DNA from: Lachnospiraceae bacterium
GTDB taxonomy: Bacteria > Bacillota > Clostridia > Lachnospirales > Lachnospiraceae
Direction: 5' to 3'
DNA length: 64,000 nt
NCBI GenBank assembly: GCA_020860645.1
Contig: JAJBTX010000068.1
Coordinates: 2,577 to 66,576, forward strand
Position 1 is the first letter of the stretch. Every line of letters starts with the position of its first letter. The notes under the pieces are model-generated. The model did no database searches. It was given only the letters and a program-made list of their open reading frames with translations, and had not been told where the DNA came from. The position numbers were made by a program, and so were the translations under genes. Below, in pieces: positions 1 to 9,559 of the stretch.

Positions 1-459
1 ATTGTTCTGTGCGGGACTCCTCTGCTTGCTTCGGAGGAATTTCTGGATTCCGCGAATGAATATAAGATCCCGCAGTATGTGATCGACGTCTGCGAGCTGC
101 TGCCGGAAAACATTCACGCGATGGTCTCGAACCGGCTCATGCCCTATATCCGGCAGTACGACACCAGCATCACCCTGGAGTTCGCCCGCAATGATTACCG
201 CTATCTGAATCCGGGCGAGGCGGATGACGAGGTTGGCCAGATGTACCTGGAAGCGCAGAAATCAGAAATCGATCTGTCGGTGCTCGCGCCGACGGCGAAG
301 GCTGAGGGCTGTACCTTCCTGGTCTTTTCCAGTACGCGCACCTATATCGGCGAATGGGAAGACTACGGTTATGAGAAATATGCCTCGACGGAAGATTTCG
401 ATATCTTTGTGGACATGGATTATGAGGAAGGACAGGATACGAGAAAGTGGGAGGACTGA
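1..459 (+). CDS. hypothetical protein, 5' end outside window
   Basis: Frame 1 is open from nt 1 with no stop and runs into the listed 79..459 ORF. Acidic C-terminus, no family recognised. A 13-nt overlap with the next gene suggests the same operon. Confidence 0.5.
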   Translation: MVLCGTPLLASEEFLDSANEYKIPQYVIDVCELLPENIHAMVSNRLMPYIRQYDTSITLEFARNDYRYLNPGEADDEVGQMYLEAQKSEIDLSVLAPTAKAEGCTFLVFSSTRTYIGEWEDYGYEKYASTEDFDIFVDMDYEEGQDTRKWED

Positions 460-2729
460 GAAAGGCGGCGCTGCTTCTCGGCATCGCGGTCTTAAGTCTG
501 CTCGCCGGGGAAGCTCTGAGGTATTTTACGGAGCCGGGACAGACTGTCTGTATCAATGAAATCTGCAGCAGCAACAAACGCGTGGCGGCAGATTCCTATG
601 GCGAGTGCAGTGATTATATCGAGCTTTACAATGCCTCGGACAGCCCGGTATCGCTGTCCGGCTGGTATCTGACGGATGATACGGAGGACCGGAAGAAAGC
701 CGCGCTCCCGGATGTCACGATTGAGCCGGGAGCTTATCTCGTCCTTTTCGCGAACGGACGGGACGACAGCGAGGACTCGCTGCCTTTTAAAATCAGCGCC
801 GCCGGGGGAGAGACCATTCTGCTGACAGATTCCGAGGGCAATACGGTGGATTCTGTGGCGGTGCCGGAGCTGAGAGCGGACACGGTCTATGCGAGACGCC
901 CTGACGGTTCCGATACGTGGGCGGTTCTGGAAGCATCCCCGGGCGTGTCAAATGACGGGAGTGCTGCGGCGCGGGAGGCGACGCTCGAGGAGCCGGTCTT
1001 CTCTGTGGAGGGCGGCTTCTATGACGAGGCCTTCTATCTGGAGATTCAGGCGGGGGAGGGCGAGACCGTCTATTATACGCTGGACGGCAGTGAGCCGACG
1101 GCGCAGTCGGAGGTCTACACAGAAAGTATTCTGATCGAGGACGCCAGTGCGAATCCCAACGTATACAACGCCATCCAGAACGTGACAACGGACTGGCTCG
1201 ATTACACGCCGACGGAGGAGAATGTGGATAAGGGCACGGTGATCCGCGCGATCGCTGTGGACGAGGAGGGAAATTTCAGCGAGATTACCACGGCCACCTA
1301 CTTTGTCGGGCTGGACGCTTACGAGGACGCGGATGTACTGTCCCTGGTGGCGGACCCGGAGGAGCTGTTCGGCGAGGACGGCATCTATGTCACGGGAAAG
1401 GAATACGACGAGTGGTACCTGTCCGGCTCTGATGAGGAGGAGCCGACGCCGAACTATGAGCAGAAAGGCGCCCTGTGGGAGATCGACTGCAATCTGGAAA
1501 TGTTTGAGTCCGGCGGGAGCGTGCTGAACCAGGCGGCCGGTCTGCGGATACAGGGCGGTTCTTCCAGGGCGTCCGCAAAGAAGCGCTTCAGCGTTTACGC
1601 GCGGGAAGAGTACAGCGGCAGCGATTATTTCGACTATGAAATCCTGGAAGGGAAGCAGCTGCACTCCTTCGCGCTGCGGTCCGGCTTCGCGAATGTGGCA
1701 ATGCAGGAGCTGGTGGAGGAGCGGAGCGTCGGCACGCAGTCTGCGCGGGAAGTGGTCGTGTTCCTGAACGGAGAATACTGGTACACGACCTATATCCAGG
1801 AGAAATACAGCAAATATTACCTCAGCGAAGAGTACGGCGTCGATATGGAAGATGTGGCAATCCTCCGGAACTATTCGGTGACCGGGAGTTCGGACAGCTC
1901 CATGGAGGCCGAATTCGCCGAAATGATGGAGTTTTTCCAGAACGGAGACTTTTCTACGGAGGAGGCCTTCGAGGAGGCCTGTGAAAAGATCGATATGCAG
2001 AGCTATATCGATTTCATGGTCACCAACATTTATCTGTGCAATATGGACATGTCCGACCGCTACAACCAGCTGACCTGGAGGACCTGTGAGGACGATGGGA
2101 CGGAGTACGGGGACGGGAAATTCCGCTGGCTCCTCTATGATCTGGACTATGTGGAGACGAATCATCTGGATTTCTATGAGGTCGGCAATATGGCGGAGCT
2201 GAACTCCTTCACCGCGCCAATCCGCTTTGACGTGAACGGTTCGTCGATGGACGAGATGATTCTCTTCAGCGCATTGCGCGACAATGAGAGCTTCCGGGAG
2301 CAGTTTGTCACCTCCTTCCTGGATATGGCGAATACCTGCTTTTCGCTGGAGCATGCGACGGAAGTGCTGGAAAAGTGGGGCGAGGACATCCACTGGCACA
2401 ATGATTTCTTCCTGCTCCGCTTTGACTACGCGGCGGAGTATCTGGCGGAGGAATTCTCGCTGACAGGGACGCTGGAGGAACTGACGCTTTCAATCAATGA
2501 TACTGAGGGAGGAAGCGTGCAGCTGAACACCTGCACACCGGATCTTTCGGATGGCTCCTGGAGTGGGAAATATTATACAGATTATCCGGTCACTCTGACG
2601 GCGGTGGCGGCGAGCGGCTATCGCTTTGTCGGCTGGACCGGCAGCGTCACGGGCAGCGAAGAGACGATCACGGTAGATCTTGCCGGAGGCGGCGCACAGA
2701 TCGAGGCCGTGTTTGAAAAAATCGAGTAA
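447..2729 (+). CDS. secreted CotH kinase-family protein with N-terminal lamin-tail domain
   Basis: 760-aa ORF with an N-terminal hydrophobic anchor (LLLGIAVLSLLAG). Lamin-tail-type motif INEICSSN..DYIELYN..LSGWYLTDD, CotH-type core (LRIQGGSSRASAKKRFSVY) and C-terminal GYRFVGWTG repeat. Confidence 0.85.
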   Translation: MGGLRKAALLLGIAVLSLLAGEALRYFTEPGQTVCINEICSSNKRVAADSYGECSDYIELYNASDSPVSLSGWYLTDDTEDRKKAALPDVTIEPGAYLVLFANGRDDSEDSLPFKISAAGGETILLTDSEGNTVDSVAVPELRADTVYARRPDGSDTWAVLEASPGVSNDGSAAAREATLEEPVFSVEGGFYDEAFYLEIQAGEGETVYYTLDGSEPTAQSEVYTESILIEDASANPNVYNAIQNVTTDWLDYTPTEENVDKGTVIRAIAVDEEGNFSEITTATYFVGLDAYEDADVLSLVADPEELFGEDGIYVTGKEYDEWYLSGSDEEEPTPNYEQKGALWEIDCNLEMFESGGSVLNQAAGLRIQGGSSRASAKKRFSVYAREEYSGSDYFDYEILEGKQLHSFALRSGFANVAMQELVEERSVGTQSAREVVVFLNGEYWYTTYIQEKYSKYYLSEEYGVDMEDVAILRNYSVTGSSDSSMEAEFAEMMEFFQNGDFSTEEAFEEACEKIDMQSYIDFMVTNIYLCNMDMSDRYNQLTWRTCEDDGTEYGDGKFRWLLYDLDYVETNHLDFYEVGNMAELNSFTAPIRFDVNGSSMDEMILFSALRDNESFREQFVTSFLDMANTCFSLEHATEVLEKWGEDIHWHNDFFLLRFDYAAEYLAEEFSLTGTLEELTLSINDTEGGSVQLNTCTPDLSDGSWSGKYYTDYPVTLTAVAASGYRFVGWTGSVTGSEETITVDLAGGGAQIEAVFEKIE

Positions 2730-2753
2730 ACACGGCGAGGAGGGAAAGAGAGT

Positions 2754-4382
2754 ATGAGCAGAATGTGGAAAAAAATACAGGGTGTCAACGGATTGATTCT
2801 GGGCGTTTATCTGCTGATCGTGGCTGCCGTCAGCCTTTACTACGCGCTCGCGGGAGTCTCCGGATTATCCGGCAAAATCAAGCTGGCGCTGATGGCGCTC
2901 GGCTGTCTGATTGCGATTCTTGCCGCGCCTTTTATTATTCGCGGAATTCAGAAAATCCCGCCTCGCGTTCTCGAACCGACGGCAATGAGCCGGAAGAAAC
3001 GAATCGGTTTCCTGTGCGGAGTCTGGATCGTATCCTTCCTGGTGCTGCTGCTGTGGTATGTCGGCTTTTATCCGGGCGCCATTATTTTTGACACGGTGGA
3101 GCAGCTGCAGCAGGCGCTCAGCGGGAGCTATAACGACTGGCATCCCGCCCTGCACACGCTTCTGACCTTTACGCTGCCGCTTACGCTGACGAACGGCTGG
3201 ACCGGCTCCATCGTCTTCTTCCAGATTCTTTTCTTTGCGACGGTGCTGAGCTATCTGTATGCCGTGCTTTCAAAGCTGGTCAATCATAAAATTGTGCTCG
3301 GAATCATCCTGTTTATCCTGATCAATCCGATTACCGGAAAGATGAGCGTGCACCCTCTGAAGGATACCTCGATGGCGCGGGGGGGCCCGCTGCTCCTTCT
3401 GTCTGCGCTGCAGGCCTGTTCCTCTCATGGGGAGTGGATGAAGAGCGTGTGGCATAAGCTTCTGTTCGCGGGCGTCTTTGTGATTACGACACTGGTGCGG
3501 CACAACGCGATCCTGCTGACGCTGCCGATCCTGGTCAGCGTACTTTTGTCCGTCAGAAATCTGAAGGGAAATCTGAAGGTGCTTGTCCTGGTCCTTCTTC
3601 TGACTCTGGGTGTCAGGGGACCGCTGTACAGCGCGTTTGAGGTAGGCTCGCCGGGCGCGAGGCATATGGAGACGCTGGGCTGTCCGATGACCATTATCGG
3701 GAATGTGGTGATCGAGCATCCGGAGGTGCTGGATGAGGAGACGCAGGAGTTTGTCTATGCGATCGCCGATCAGGAGACCTGGGAGACTTACTATACCTGT
3801 GGAAGCTTTAACAATCTGAAAAGAAGCGGAGAGGCGGATCTCACGGTGATCGAGGAGACCGATGTGCTCTCGATTCTGAGGATGACGGCGAAGTGCGCGA
3901 TCAAGGCGCCGTCGTCCGCGGCGCAGTCCTTTCTCACGCTGACCCGGATGGTCTACTCGCTGGACGGAAACAGCTATTTTTATGAAATTCTGGAGGGACC
4001 GGATGAGTTCGGGGTTGAGTATGCGGGAAATCAGACGCTGCTGAACGCGCTGGAGGCTTACTGCAAGGCATTTTATAACAGCCCGCTGAAGTATCTCTTC
4101 TGCTATATCGGAGTTCTGGATCTGCTTGTACTGGTCTGCGTGTGCGGGAGGGTGAAGTTTGGCAGCCTTGACGACTGGAAGAGAATTCTGCTGTGCGTTT
4201 CCATTTTTACTTATAACTTTGGAACCATGCTGTTTCTCACGGGAAGGGACGACCGCTTCTTTTACGTGACGTTTCTGATTACGCCGGTACTGGCGGTGGC
4301 TGCCCTCGTAAAGGAAGCGCCGCTCAGTGAAGCCGCCGCTTCCGCACCCGGTCGATCAGCCGCTGACCAAAGATCTGTTTGA
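2754..4382 (+). CDS. polytopic membrane protein, function unknown (possible glycan polymerase/GT-C-like)
   Basis: 542-aa ORF preceded by GGAGGGAAAGAG. About 10 hydrophobic segments surround a soluble insert. Sits inside a glycan locus; no family recognised by eye. Confidence 0.6.
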   Translation: MSRMWKKIQGVNGLILGVYLLIVAAVSLYYALAGVSGLSGKIKLALMALGCLIAILAAPFIIRGIQKIPPRVLEPTAMSRKKRIGFLCGVWIVSFLVLLLWYVGFYPGAIIFDTVEQLQQALSGSYNDWHPALHTLLTFTLPLTLTNGWTGSIVFFQILFFATVLSYLYAVLSKLVNHKIVLGIILFILINPITGKMSVHPLKDTSMARGGPLLLLSALQACSSHGEWMKSVWHKLLFAGVFVITTLVRHNAILLTLPILVSVLLSVRNLKGNLKVLVLVLLLTLGVRGPLYSAFEVGSPGARHMETLGCPMTIIGNVVIEHPEVLDEETQEFVYAIADQETWETYYTCGSFNNLKRSGEADLTVIEETDVLSILRMTAKCAIKAPSSAAQSFLTLTRMVYSLDGNSYFYEILEGPDEFGVEYAGNQTLLNALEAYCKAFYNSPLKYLFCYIGVLDLLVLVCVCGRVKFGSLDDWKRILLCVSIFTYNFGTMLFLTGRDDRFFYVTFLITPVLAVAALVKEAPLSEAAASAPGRSAADQRSV

Positions 4383-5046
4383 TACCAAGTTTCAGGTAAA
4401 ATGAACATTCGCGCAGGACGCGGGAGGGAGTGAGCCGGAATACACCGAGCTCCTTCTGCATCCTACGCTGTTCCCGGTGCGCGCGCAGTTTATTTTTGTC
4501 TGAGAACCCCGCAATCTCGTAGACCGCGACCGGCGTCCGGCGATACGTAAAGACCCTTCCGTCCAGATACAGGCGCAGAAAGAAATGGTGGTCGGCGCAG
4601 ATCTGATAGGAGAGGTCGAAGGGCTTTTCCAGCAGCAGCGCCCGTTTCACAAAGGCGGACTGGTGACAGAAGGGCATCTCCTGTGTCAGTCTCTCCAGGG
4701 AAAGCGCGGGATAAAGCTTTTGTCTGCCCTGGTAGACGCAGATGGTGTCGCCATAGAGGATCTGCGCATCCTCCCCGACCGGGAAAAGCTCCGAGAGAAT
4801 ATGGGGGGAGACGAGCAGATCACCCGCGTTCAGAAACAGGATCCACTCGCCGGCCGCCAGCCGCGCTCCCTTGTTCATCGCGTCGTAAATCCCCTGATCG
4901 GGTTCGGAGACAAAGCGCAGCGAAATGCCTTTTCCGGCGAATTCTGTCTCCGCTTTCGCCAGAAGCGCCACTGTCCCGTCGTCGGAGGCGCCGTCTATAA
5001 TCAGATATTCAAAATCTGTAAAATCCTGTGACAGTACATTTTCCAT
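4324..5046 (-). CDS. glycosyltransferase family 2 (coordinates from first ATG; the true start is probably upstream, near 5112)
   Basis: DFEYLIIDGASDDGT and LFLNAGD motifs are typical of the GT-A/GT2 fold. The conserved first strand PTLSVVTVCRN is encoded in-frame upstream of the ATG (see finding). Confidence 0.85.
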   Translation of the reverse strand: MENVLSQDFTDFEYLIIDGASDDGTVALLAKAETEFAGKGISLRFVSEPDQGIYDAMNKGARLAAGEWILFLNAGDLLVSPHILSELFPVGEDAQILYGDTICVYQGRQKLYPALSLERLTQEMPFCHQSAFVKRALLLEKPFDLSYQICADHHFFLRLYLDGRVFTYRRTPVAVYEIAGFSDKNKLRAHREQRRMQKELGVFRLTPSRVLRECSFYLKLGIKQIFGQRLIDRVRKRRLH

Positions 5047-5166
5047 AGTAGCCTGCAGCGCCGCCGTCGCGTTTCTGCAGACGGTGACGACAGACAGTGT
5101 CGGAGCAGCCAGAACGATCGCCTCCTCTTCCTTTCGTTACGGATTATTATAAGGGAAGGGGGAGGG

Positions 5167-5209
5167 TTTTACAAGCCGTCTTGTAAAAACATGTTGAAAG
5201 TGGTAAAAT
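5167..5209 (+). promoter_or_regulatory. sigma-A-like promoter (TTGTAA-17-TAAAAT) overlapped by perfect palindrome TTTTACAAG-ccgt-CTTGTAAAA
   Basis: -35 at 5181-5186, -10 at 5204-5209, and 9-bp inverted repeat arms at 5167-5175 and 5180-5188. Lies in the divergent region between the GT2 gene and the priming transferase. Confidence 0.4.
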
Positions 5210-5242
5210 ACAATAGACTATGTTTATGAGGTAGTGTTTTCC

Positions 5243-6595
5243 ATGGATAAATACGACCAGTTCAAACGCCTGCTCCGGCTTGGAATCGCGGGGCTGGAGA
5301 TATTGATAGAGACCGTCTTTTTTGCGGGCGTCTGGTATGCCATTTACAATGAACGACGCTGGGCAGCCTTTGAAAACAAAGGAAATCTGATGATGATTGG
5401 ATTTTATGTGTTTTATCTGATCGTCTTTATTTATCTGTACGGCGGTACAAAATACGCATATTACACAAAGGGGCAGCTGATCCTGTCGCAGACGTTGGGC
5501 TCGGTGTTCGCGAATGCGGTGATGTATGTCCAGATTATCATGGTGTTCGGCCGCTTCCCACTGCCAACGGCCTGGCCGATGGTCGCGCTCTGCGCTGTCG
5601 ATCTTGTGGTCAGCATTGCTGTGAACCAGCTCTCAGACGGGATGCTGCGGCGCCTGTTTCCGCCGAAAAGGCTGCTGCTGGTCTGTGATCCGCAGTACCG
5701 GCAGGATCTTATAAAGAAGCTCTCTGTGCGGAAGGATCTTTATGAAATCACCCGCTGCGTTCCAACCTCGGAGCCGCTGGTCAGTCTCCAGCGTGAGATT
5801 CAGAGCTGCGACGCGATGATGCTCTATGGGCTGGACGAGCAGAAGCGCAATATTCTGATCAAATTCTGCTATGAGCAGTCAATCCGCGTTTATATTGCAC
5901 CGGAGATTTCGGATATTCTGCTGCGCGGCGCGGACCGCGTGCACTCCTTTGACACACCCTTTCTGCTGCTGCGCAACGCGGGTCTTTCCTTTGAACAGCG
6001 CATTGTGAAGCGCGCGATGGACATCGTGATTTCCGCGATTCTCCTTGTGATCGCGTCGCCGTTCATGCTGCTGACTGCGATCGCGATCAAGGCGGAGGAC
6101 CGGGGACCGGCGCTCTATAAGCAGGAGCGCGTGACGATCGACGGAAAGAAGTTCTATATCTATAAATTTCGCAGCATGGTCGTGGACGCGGAGAAATACG
6201 GCGCGCAGTTTTCCACGAAGAACGACAGCCGTATCACGAAGGTCGGGCACTTTATCCGCGCGACCAGGCTGGACGAGCTGCCGCAGCTTTTTAATATTCT
6301 GAAGGGCGATATGAGCATCGTCGGACCGCGCCCGGAGCGCCAGCAGTATATCGAGGAGTTCTGCCGCGAGACGCCGGAGTTTATCTACCGGCTGAAGGTG
6401 AAGGCGGGACTGACCGGCTACGCCCAGATTTACGGGAAATACAACACAACTCCGCTGGACAAGCTGAAGCTCGATCTGATGTACATCGAGAGCTATTCGA
6501 TTCTGCTGGATATCCGGCTGATTTTCCTGACCCTGAAGATCATGTTCACGAAGGAGAGTACGGAGGGAGTGGAGGACGGACAGAACCATGCGTAG
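5243..6595 (+). CDS. polyprenyl-phosphate glycosyl-1-phosphate transferase (exopolysaccharide priming sugar transferase, WbaP/EpsL type)
   Basis: N-terminal TM block followed by a C-terminal bacterial sugar-transferase domain ([30 protein letters not shown]). ATG at 5243 preferred over GTG at 5234 on RBS spacing. Confidence 0.9.
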   Translation: MDKYDQFKRLLRLGIAGLEILIETVFFAGVWYAIYNERRWAAFENKGNLMMIGFYVFYLIVFIYLYGGTKYAYYTKGQLILSQTLGSVFANAVMYVQIIMVFGRFPLPTAWPMVALCAVDLVVSIAVNQLSDGMLRRLFPPKRLLLVCDPQYRQDLIKKLSVRKDLYEITRCVPTSEPLVSLQREIQSCDAMMLYGLDEQKRNILIKFCYEQSIRVYIAPEISDILLRGADRVHSFDTPFLLLRNAGLSFEQRIVKRAMDIVISAILLVIASPFMLLTAIAIKAEDRGPALYKQERVTIDGKKFYIYKFRSMVVDAEKYGAQFSTKNDSRITKVGHFIRATRLDELPQLFNILKGDMSIVGPRPERQQYIEEFCRETPEFIYRLKVKAGLTGYAQIYGKYNTTPLDKLKLDLMYIESYSILLDIRLIFLTLKIMFTKESTEGVEDGQNHA

Positions 6596-7844
6596 ATTCT
6601 GGATTTTCAATCATTATGCTACGACTCCGAAGACCGGACCGCTGCTCCGTCACTTTTATTTTGCGGAATATCTGAAGGAAAAAGAGATCGAGACGACGGT
6701 TTTCGCGGCGAACGAGCTGCACCAGACCGGCGGCACGGTCGATACGCCGGGCGCGCCGTATCTCCGGACGACAGAAGAGGGCGTTCCTTTCGTCTTTGTA
6801 CGCACCAGCAAGTACCAGGGCAACGGCCTCTCCCGCGTGAAAAATATGATTTCTTTCTTCTTTGGTCTGCTGCGCATCAGCGGGAAATATGCGAAGCAGT
6901 ACGGAAAGCCGGATGTGATCATGGGTTCGAGCGCCCATCCGCTGACGAGTATCGCGGGGATTCTGATCGCGAGACGCTTTCACGTTCCGGCGATCGTCGA
7001 GGTGCGCGATCTCTGGCCGGAGGCGATCTTCTCGGTCGGCAAGCTGAAGATGAACAGCCTGCCGGGACGGATCTTAAGCGCCGGGGAGAAGTGGATGTAC
7101 GTCCATGCGGACGCGATCGTCTTCACGAAGGAGGGCGATGTCGATCACATCAAGGAGATGGGCTGGGATAAGGAGCACGGCGGAAAGATCGATCTCGGGA
7201 AGTGCCATTATGTCAATAACGGCGTGAATCTTTCCGATTTTTACGCAAGTACCTCGCGCGACATTCTGCCGGACGCGGATCTTACGGATGAGAGCTTCCG
7301 GGTGACCTATACCGGCACGGTGCGGCCGGTCAACAATGTTGGCAATCTGCTCGACACGGCGAAGCTTCTGAAGGAGTATAAGGATATCCGCTTCCTGATT
7401 TTCGGCGGAGGCAGCGAGCTTGAGACACTGAAAAAGCGCGCGGCGGATGAGAAAATCAACAACGTGGTTTTTAAGGGCTTTGTCGAGAAAAAGTATATAC
7501 CCTATATCTTAAGCCGTTCTTCGGTCAATATACTGAACTACTCGCAGTCCAACTACAACTGGTCGCGCGGAAACAGCTCCAATAAGCTGTTTGAGTATAT
7601 GGCGAGCGGGAAGCCGCTGATCTCCACCGTGCGGATGGGCTACAGCATTCTGGACCGCTACGAGTGCGGCCTCTCGCTCGACGAGTGCACGCCGCAGGCG
7701 CTGGCGCGGGAGATCCTGCGGATCCACGACATGCCGGAGGAGAACTATGCGCAGATGGCGAGGAACGCGCGGGAGGGCGCGAAGGATTTTGACTTCCCTG
7801 TCCTGACGGAGAGGCTGTACCGGGTGATTGAGAGTGTCCTGTAA
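6588..7844 (+). CDS. glycosyltransferase family 4 (WbuB-like)
   Basis: N-terminus [13 protein letters not shown]...RH is typical of WbuB-type GT4 enzymes. C-terminal motif NKLFEYMASGKP. 8-nt overlap with the upstream gene. Confidence 0.85.
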   Translation: MRRFWIFNHYATTPKTGPLLRHFYFAEYLKEKEIETTVFAANELHQTGGTVDTPGAPYLRTTEEGVPFVFVRTSKYQGNGLSRVKNMISFFFGLLRISGKYAKQYGKPDVIMGSSAHPLTSIAGILIARRFHVPAIVEVRDLWPEAIFSVGKLKMNSLPGRILSAGEKWMYVHADAIVFTKEGDVDHIKEMGWDKEHGGKIDLGKCHYVNNGVNLSDFYASTSRDILPDADLTDESFRVTYTGTVRPVNNVGNLLDTAKLLKEYKDIRFLIFGGGSELETLKKRAADEKINNVVFKGFVEKKYIPYILSRSSVNILNYSQSNYNWSRGNSSNKLFEYMASGKPLISTVRMGYSILDRYECGLSLDECTPQALAREILRIHDMPEENYAQMARNAREGAKDFDFPVLTERLYRVIESVL

Positions 7845-9489
7845 AATCAGAAGATATTACGATACATTAAAATACCTGAAGGCGGGTCAGATCGCGTATC
7901 TGGTAAAAAACCGGCTGACGCGCGGGAAGGCCACTGTAACGACGATGTCTGCGCCGGACTGCCTGCCGCTGTCTCTGTGGTGGGAGGAGCTGGACGCGGA
8001 TCCGCTTTACCTGCAGCGTTTCGATGTGGAGGCGATCCTGCAGGGAGATCTGACCCTGCTGCATGAGTCAAAGGACGCGGCGGGGGAGCGTTCTCATCTC
8101 TGGAATTTCAATCTGCATTATCTGGAATATCTGATCCCGCTCGCGGCGGCATACCGGAGAACCGGTGAGGAGCGCTGGTACACCGGTTTTAAGAATGCCT
8201 GTCTTCGCTGGATGCGGGAAAACAAGGAGGGCCGGGGGGACGGCTGGCATCCCTACACCATTTCACTCCGGCTGACGAATCTTCTGATCTGCATGGACGG
8301 CTTCGGGGAAATCCTGCGGCGGGACGGGGAGTTTGCGCGGGAACTTGAGGACAGCATGTACGCACAGTATCTACATTTACAGCACAATCTGGAGCGCCAT
8401 CTCCTTGCCAATCACTATTTTGAAAATCTGAAGGCGGTGCTGCTGGGGAGCCTTTACTTTCAGGAGGAAAGCACCTATAATAAGTACCGGAATCTTCTGA
8501 GACGGGAGATAAAAGAGCAGATCCTGCCGGACGGCGTGCATTATGAGAGAAGCCTTATGTATCACAAGATTATTCTGGAGGATCTGGTGCGCGTGGCGGG
8601 GGTCCTGTCCGGAACGGATGCGGAATTTTCCGGGGAGCTTAAGCGGACGATGCAGCGCATGGCAGACGCCATGTATGCGCTGGAACAGGGGTTCGGGCGC
8701 ACGCCGCTTTTCAACGACGCGGGCGACAATGTGGCACGGCCGATGGAGTGCCTGCTGAGAGGCCTTCAGGAGCACTTCGGCATTGTGCCGACGCAGCCTG
8801 CGAGGCAGGACTTTCCGGATGCCGGATATTACTGTCTCGCGGGCGGTGACATCCGGATTCTGCTGGATGCGGGGCAGATTGGCCCCGACTTTGCGGTGGG
8901 GCACGGGCACTGCGATGCGCTGAGCTTTGAGTTTTCCCTGCGGGGGGAGCCGCTGTTTGTGAATGCCGGAACCGGTCTTTACCAGGGAGTGCAGCGCTCT
9001 TATTTCCGGAGCACCGCGGCTCATAATACCGTCGTGATCGATGGGCAGGAGCAGTCTGAGTGCTGGGGTGAGCACCGGGTGGCGCGGCGGATTTCGGACG
9101 TTTCAGGGAGCTGCGGGGACGGCTGGACGGAAGGAAGCCTGACGACCGCCGCGGGGAAGCGGCAGAAAAGGCGCATCGAGCTGGATGAAAGCAGCGGTGT
9201 AAGGATTCTTGACACGGTGTGCGGCCATGCGCAGGCCTACCTGCATCTGGCGCCGGGCTGGGAATACGATTTGCAGGGAAGCAGGATTCTGCTGAGAAAG
9301 CGTCCGGGAGCACCACAGGGCATCATCACAGTGAGCGAAAACGACGTTCTGCGGGTTCACCGCGACGGAAACCTCTCGCTCTACGCGCCGGAGTTCGGGC
9401 AGATCGTAGAAATACAGACGCTGGAAATCTCCTGGGAGGGAGACGGAACGGCGCATGAGATCAGGATAGAATTTCCGGAGCAGGAGTAA
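7828..9489 (+). CDS. heparinase II/III family protein
   Basis: RYYDTLKYLKAGQI N-terminus, DGVHYERSLMYH, FNDAGDN and HGHCDALSFE motifs are characteristic of the family found in capsule/O-antigen loci. TTG start overlaps the upstream stop. Confidence 0.8.
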   Translation: MRVSCKIRRYYDTLKYLKAGQIAYLVKNRLTRGKATVTTMSAPDCLPLSLWWEELDADPLYLQRFDVEAILQGDLTLLHESKDAAGERSHLWNFNLHYLEYLIPLAAAYRRTGEERWYTGFKNACLRWMRENKEGRGDGWHPYTISLRLTNLLICMDGFGEILRRDGEFARELEDSMYAQYLHLQHNLERHLLANHYFENLKAVLLGSLYFQEESTYNKYRNLLRREIKEQILPDGVHYERSLMYHKIILEDLVRVAGVLSGTDAEFSGELKRTMQRMADAMYALEQGFGRTPLFNDAGDNVARPMECLLRGLQEHFGIVPTQPARQDFPDAGYYCLAGGDIRILLDAGQIGPDFAVGHGHCDALSFEFSLRGEPLFVNAGTGLYQGVQRSYFRSTAAHNTVVIDGQEQSECWGEHRVARRISDVSGSCGDGWTEGSLTTAAGKRQKRRIELDESSGVRILDTVCGHAQAYLHLAPGWEYDLQGSRILLRKRPGAPQGIITVSENDVLRVHRDGNLSLYAPEFGQIVEIQTLEISWEGDGTAHEIRIEFPEQE

Positions 9490-9559
9490 AGTGGAGGCTT
9501 CAGCCTGCCGCGGGTTTTGCCTGTGATCGGACAGGAAATACAACAAGGAGAGAATGACG

